DNA of 64,000 nt, taken from positions 640,001 to 704,000 of the forward strand of contig JBGAHS010000001.1 in the NCBI GenBank assembly GCA_044226015.1, written 5' to 3'. Under the pieces are notes generated by a model that saw nothing but the letters and a program-made list of their open reading frames with translations, did no database searches and was not told the origin of the DNA. The stretch is from Candidatus Obscuribacteraceae bacterium. Lineage in GTDB: Bacteria; Cyanobacteriota; Vampirovibrionia; Obscuribacterales; Obscuribacteraceae. This document shows, piece after piece, positions 60,501 to 64,000 of this stretch (the stretch's first letter is position 1; every line of letters begins with the position of its first letter). The position numbers and the translations under genes are program-made.

Positions 60501-61221
60501 GGCTCAGTTGCTCGATCAATGATGGTGTTTCTGATTTGCGTACTTGCTGCTCAGCTGCGGCAGTTTGACTAGCTGTTTTCATGCTTTCGATGTTGAAACC
60601 ATTTTGTTTGGCTTCTTCCACGGTGCAAGCGCCGCGTTTTACTTCGCAATTGTTCAACTGGTCGAGCAGTGAAGGAGAGGTGTTGGTTTGTGTTTGCGTC
60701 ACCTGCACATCGCTTCTGCCGGCTGCGATCAAGCTGCGCTCGTCGACAGGAGCCTTGGCTGGCGTTTCTGCTTTCGCCATCGCCATTGCTCCTGCTGAAG
60801 CTGTCGCTGTTACTTCTATTGTTCCAGATTTACCTGGAACTTCTGTATTTTTGTTTGAGTCAGTCTTAACCGCGTTGAACAGCGCTTGTTGTCCTTCTGA
60901 AGGACGTGTACCCAATCTATCAGCGAAGGTCGGAATCGTGGTGGTCACTTCGCCACTGTTGGAAAGCCTGTGCTCATCGGAATTGTGAATGAATGCTGAG
61001 CTGACACCATTTTCAGTGCCTGGACGCTTGAGTCCTGCATTCTTTAATTCGCTAGTGATTAGATCGTCTTTTGTCCCGCCAGTCAGCCGATTGAGAACAG
61101 AGGACGCGAACGCTTCAGCGGTCATTCTCAAACTGGCTTCTGTGCCGACAGCCTTATCTGTGCTCTGAGGTCTTTCGCCCTCAGTAGCTTCAGTTTTTGC
61201 TTTGTGTTTGCTGTCGTCCAT
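57529..61221 (-). CDS. 1230-aa repeat-rich protein with a LysM-like domain
   Basis: THMVSEGETLQSIAESLY...IADLN; one hydrophobic segment; two internal repeat families. Confidence 0.85.
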   Translation of the reverse strand: MDDSKHKAKTEATEGERPQSTDKAVGTEASLRMTAEAFASSVLNRLTGGTKDDLITSELKNAGLKRPGTENGVSSAFIHNSDEHRLSNSGEVTTTIPTFADRLGTRPSEGQQALFNAVKTDSNKNTEVPGKSGTIEVTATASAGAMAMAKAETPAKAPVDERSLIAAGRSDVQVTQTQTNTSPSLLDQLNNCEVKRGACTVEEAKQNGFNIESMKTASQTAAAEQQVRKSETPSLIEQLSQGNNKVGPCTIEEAKQNGFKIDAAVQVSTNDQINRASKSDALNVPKDESSKVERSTGSNGPSLIEQLQSGNSKVGPCTVEEARQNGFQIGSRNTEVKPEDGQKLQDRFDGLRVEPSFKIDSSKLDPAIRTDLGLRTSEVQKNVAAADMRSNNQTEKSTGLLDQLNGYNGKPGACSIDEAKQNGSLPTGRVDFAAKSNEPARVDFKSSELKAPEIRADFKSSDSKNSEGPHLADFSTKAPDGRPAVADFRPQVGSDQAAKVELPQFKTADPGKDVATRDLGFRDTTAGGRVDLAARTENNAALNSASRTEQASSSRDFSREQSAGRERESSTLAGSSRDVRDFADVRQSDRTIAASNNVERTSFNTIDLGKAQSAQEPARVASVEPSQLVRSEAGKVALDTDDHRARPVDLSIPLQNVASADKSVQNVIGAGRELTLPSFARISTGSEIDPTTGKAIALNTLAATDKVNLIAVEKNIAAMLGISNTERTAFSLSEKPLATSIMADKLAVTSTSVAGLSDRVLLVGEKTAAVTAAGLQERGNLNGQLNIEAGKVIVRAEDGTIIARKDASMATLTEKGIVSSELVNGKTQFNLDTVNGGKHLADTLLANHKSNELPAGKMNIEKVDGVLVDAKGRPVDIHGQVLTNKVDTQGVVGISNAELAQLEYEDGVDENGLPIRRIREFGADKNKRYLTGVELTIAAVIAMGGAAKVRNELMLVDPETGEQIGTVAPNLDAHKILHRRTHMVSEGETLQSIAESLYQNQAIAWLIADLNGANIREENIDGKRIVELKSRQVLELPEAEEITTFLNTLQRDFNIDNLVTVVSETTIDRELLDSYLGTVSGGTEAEQSSTNSSTQKPAKAHKPEKMRLPELIIGGLFGNHQDMPVANASRIRNNQQDIPSSAAARVRANQQDMPIAAGAPLRANQQDIPLAVGIPARNNHQDMPVAAGVPTRANHQDMPIKAGITGVVKDLSSKIGRLVKRPISNKLRPV
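57620..57872 (-). repeat. Six ~45-bp units encoding N[HQ]QD[MI]P 15-mers
   Basis: NHQDMP, NQQDIP, NQQDMP, NQQDIP, NHQDMP, NHQDMP at 15-aa spacing. Confidence 0.85.
59950..60677 (-). repeat. Four dispersed ~29-aa repeats L[LI][DE]QL..G[AP]C[TS].[ED]EA[KR]QNG
   Basis: Visible in the translation of 57529..61221. Confidence 0.85.
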
Positions 61222-61490
61222 AAAAAATATTGGCTCAAATCAGGACGGAATCTAATTGTGTTTGCTACTTACGAATCTGATAACTCTTCAATCAAATAAA
61301 CCTATTCACTGGTAGTTTATGCGGTCTATTAACGTGGGTTAAGGGTTTTATCGACAGTAAGAAGTGCACAAATCTGCAGTTGTATTTCTAGTGGCCCAGC
61401 GCGAAACTAATCAATAATTCTTTTGCTGGACCACAACTGCAGTCTATTGATATTGGGTAAAATTTTTGTGGAACGCTATGGGCAAAATAC

Positions 61491-62156
61491 ATGGACAAGG
61501 TTAAATCTGCGCTGAGCCCTCAATTTTTATTTTGGCGAGGTTCTGCTGGCTGTTTTTCGAGCCGAAGCAATTTAATCTGCCTTGTATCACTTTCGTTCTT
61601 CTTATCTATAGGAAGCTGCCTGGCCGAGAACTCAAATGAAAGTGTTCCAGCTAAGGGCGAGATTAATTCTCTGGCTTCATCTAATACTGAGACTGTTGAT
61701 GCAGCCATCAGCTCGTCGGCAGAGCCAAGAGCCGTTGAAGTGGAAAAATGGGACTTTGGAGTCGTGACAGATAGAAGTGGAGCAACGAAAGATTGGAAGT
61801 TGCACCCTGTTGTTCTAATTCCCAACCTGGCAGGCGTTCAGTATGGATGGAAAATAAAGACCAATTCTCAGCTGCCAATTTTCGTTCGTGAGGAATTTAC
61901 CTTGCCAGAACCACCGAGCACCTGGAAGTTGCGGCAAGGTGGAACCAGCGAATTAAAAAATGGCGGAGAGCAGTGTATTCTTGAGAGTTTTCAGTCAACA
62001 GATGATGGCTGGATCGGTCACGCATGGACAGCATCGCATGGTGACCCTCCGGGCAAGTATGAAATTAAGGTCTGGGTGAACGGAAAACTAGCCCACGATT
62101 TTCTATTCAATGTGGGGGAGCCGCCACAGCTGGAAAACAGCTCTAGAGATTGGTGA
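61491..62156 (+). CDS. Exported hypothetical protein (Ig-like beta domain)
   Basis: Signal-like hydrophobic segment; YGW, EEFTLP..P.TW, GDPPGKYEIKVWVNG. Confidence 0.7.
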   Translation: MDKVKSALSPQFLFWRGSAGCFSSRSNLICLVSLSFFLSIGSCLAENSNESVPAKGEINSLASSNTETVDAAISSSAEPRAVEVEKWDFGVVTDRSGATKDWKLHPVVLIPNLAGVQYGWKIKTNSQLPIFVREEFTLPEPPSTWKLRQGGTSELKNGGEQCILESFQSTDDGWIGHAWTASHGDPPGKYEIKVWVNGKLAHDFLFNVGEPPQLENSSRDW

Positions 62157-62291
62157 TCAAGCCCTGTTAGCAGAATTTAGCTTTTTCATGGGAAAATTAC
62201 GAAACCGATGGGACAAACCCCAATTGTCCCACGCGTGTATATAACTTAAGCTGTGCTCATTCTTCCGGATTTCTCTCGTCCGAGTTGGCAA

Positions 62292-64000
62292 ATGAGCAAA
62301 ATGAATCGCCGTTTCTTAATAGTTACAAGTTGTCTAATCTCCCTCGTCGCAGCAAGTGCGTCAAACTCAGCTAACGCAACAAAGCTGAATGCGCGTCCAC
62401 TGCCTTCAGAGCGAGAATTGAAAGATTTCGAAAATAGCCAGACTAGCGCGCCGACAGTGAGCCGCTTCTCTCGTCGCATGGACTATCGCGACGAAGAAAA
62501 GGCGAAGCAAGAAGCCGCTGAGCAGGCAAAGAAAGAAGCAGTCGAAAAGGCTGCTATGGCTGAAAAAGAGCACTTCGCTGCCGGCAAGAAAGCCCAGCAA
62601 GCTGCTTTGGAAGCTAACAATAACGGAGTCGCGATGGGTAAGGCCGGTCGTTGGACCGAGGCTATCCAGGCTCATGAGAAGGCTGTTCAGCTTGACCCAC
62701 AGAACAAGCAATACAGAATCAATCTGTCAGCTTGTCGCACAACATTCGGTCAAGCACGTTTGAACGCGAAAGATTTTGATGCAGCTTCTGGACTTTTCCG
62801 CAAAGCTCTTGCAGCGGCACCAGACAATGGTTTAGCGACCAAGCTTCTGAACGATACCTTGAAGAAGCAAGGCAAAGACCCGAGCTCAGTTGAAGAAAGA
62901 GTTTCTATAGGTGACCAGCTCATGGCTGTTCGTGATGTAGAAGCTGCACTTGTTGAATACCAAACAGCGCTTCAACTTGAATCATCCGCTCGCACTTTCA
63001 CAAAAATGGGTGATGTTGCTCTTCACTGTGGTCAACTTTCAACAGCAGCTAACTGGTATCGTCAAGCTCTGAACAAAGATGCTAACTTCAGCTCAGCGCA
63101 CAGACAATTGGGCATGCTTCAACTGCAAGCTCAAGACAACACTGGTGCCGCAGCTTCACTTCGCAAGGCAGTTATTCTAGATTCAAAAGACAACGTTGCA
63201 GGTCAAGCTCTCGTTGAAATCTGGCGCCGTCAAGTCGCGACAAATCCACTTCTTGCTGAAAATCATCTTGGTCTAGCAGGCGCACTGCAGTTGACCGGCG
63301 ACTTCCATGGTGCTGAAGATGAATACAACAAGCTCGCAACTCTAGAGCCAGGAAATCCTGGATTGCAAGCTGGACGTGCATCACTTCAACGCGCTAGACA
63401 GCATGCAGCTGCCGAAAAGCACAGAGCGGCTGCCGAAACTTTGTTCAACCAGGGACTGAAGCGTGAAGCTCTCGCTGAAATTGGTCAAGCAGTCATGATT
63501 GAACCAAAGAATGCTCGTTATCAATTCCTTTTGGGTGAATGCCTCGAAGCAAATGGTGACCTCCGTGGTGCTCACCAGGCTTACATGACTTGTGTACTCA
63601 TCGACCCAGAAAAGAACCAGGAAGCTGCTTACCGCATGAAGGAAATGCAGCGTGGTTCTGGAAACAACATGCCTGTGCAACAAGCTCGCATGCCACAAGC
63701 ACCGATGCAAATGCAACAAGCTCCAATGCAGATGCAGCAAGCTCCAGTGCAAATGCAACAAGCACCGATGCAAATGCAACAAGCTCCAATGCAAATGCAA
63801 CAAGCTCAGGCTCCACAAGTTCAAAAGAATATGTTTGAAGGTGGCAATGGCATCGCCAATGTAGCTAACACTCAAATGGGTTTTAGCACTCACGGTGATG
63901 AATCGCGTATGCCAGCTCCGCAACAGCTTGCAGCTGTTCCGCAAATGCAGCAGGCAGCTCCAGTTCAAGCTCCAGTACAAGCTCCAGTTCAAGCAGCAGC
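62292..64000 (+). CDS. Exported TPR-repeat protein with Q/M/P-rich tail (3' partial; absent from the ORF track)
   Basis: Open frame from ATG 62292/62301 (MNRRFLIVTSCLISLVAASASNSANA...) to the window end; TPRs such as NNGVAMGKAGRWTEAIQAHEKAVQLDP. Confidence 0.9.
   Translation, partial: MSKMNRRFLIVTSCLISLVAASASNSANATKLNARPLPSERELKDFENSQTSAPTVSRFSRRMDYRDEEKAKQEAAEQAKKEAVEKAAMAEKEHFAAGKKAQQAALEANNNGVAMGKAGRWTEAIQAHEKAVQLDPQNKQYRINLSACRTTFGQARLNAKDFDAASGLFRKALAAAPDNGLATKLLNDTLKKQGKDPSSVEERVSIGDQLMAVRDVEAALVEYQTALQLESSARTFTKMGDVALHCGQLSTAANWYRQALNKDANFSSAHRQLGMLQLQAQDNTGAAASLRKAVILDSKDNVAGQALVEIWRRQVATNPLLAENHLGLAGALQLTGDFHGAEDEYNKLATLEPGNPGLQAGRASLQRARQHAAAEKHRAAAETLFNQGLKREALAEIGQAVMIEPKNARYQFLLGECLEANGDLRGAHQAYMTCVLIDPEKNQEAAYRMKEMQRGSGNNMPVQQARMPQAPMQMQQAPMQMQQAPVQMQQAPMQMQQAPMQMQQAQAPQVQKNMFEGGNGIANVANTQMGFSTHGDESRMPAPQQLAAVPQMQQAAPVQAPVQAPVQAA
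63696..63800 (+). repeat. Five tandem 21-bp units encoding QAP[MV]QMQ
   Basis: caagcaccgatgcaaatgcaa and variants; further 12-bp APVQ repeats at 63957-63992. Confidence 0.9.

Noticed and set aside
63381..63992. Cys-rich (CNKLQCK) and His/Leu-rich (SLLHLHW) repeat ORFs that look like metallothionein or RiPP precursors
   Set aside because: They are alternative-frame and antisense shadows of the QAPMQMQ repeats in the TPR gene.
1..64000. tRNA, rRNA, IS elements, prophage, HIP1 enrichment
   Set aside because: No T-loop/cloverleaf, rRNA, transposase, integrase or phage structural motifs seen. GCGATCGC was noticed only sporadically (e.g. near 11055 and 22269). This was a visual scan only.

Overview
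This is a gene-dense chromosomal window from a bacterium of roughly balanced GC. Cyanobacterial-type features (lysA-cdaA synteny, an At5g03900-like protein, DUF2993/LmeA-like and GerMN proteins, a C-DES-like lyase), several Ser/Thr kinase and TPR proteins, and the absence of photosynthesis genes suggest a non-photosynthetic cyanobacterial relative (Vampirovibrionia/Obscuribacterales-like). That assignment is inference only. Housekeeping genes: lipA divergent from a 2-oxoacid dehydrogenase operon (E1a, E1b, E2, E3), mmsA, serS, lysA, cdaA, pyrF, rpmE. Accessory content: a left-end islet with an atypical LysA paralog, an uncharacterised coupled gene pair with ADP-ribosyltransferase-like motifs, and HigBA. 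The most notable observations are: (1) four exact GGAAC-N17-GTC ECF-type promoters within 930 bp, two of which precede only about 70 nt of non-coding sequence and a hairpin (candidate tandem sRNAs); (2) an N-terminal [LM]-x-[AN]-E-A-F motif shared by three unrelated proteins without signal peptides (candidate export or targeting signal); (3) a full-length plant-type methionine S-methyltransferase; (4) several highly structured intergenic regions. No rRNA, tRNA, CRISPR array or transposase was recognised. A long TPR gene running off the right edge is missing from the supplied ORF track.
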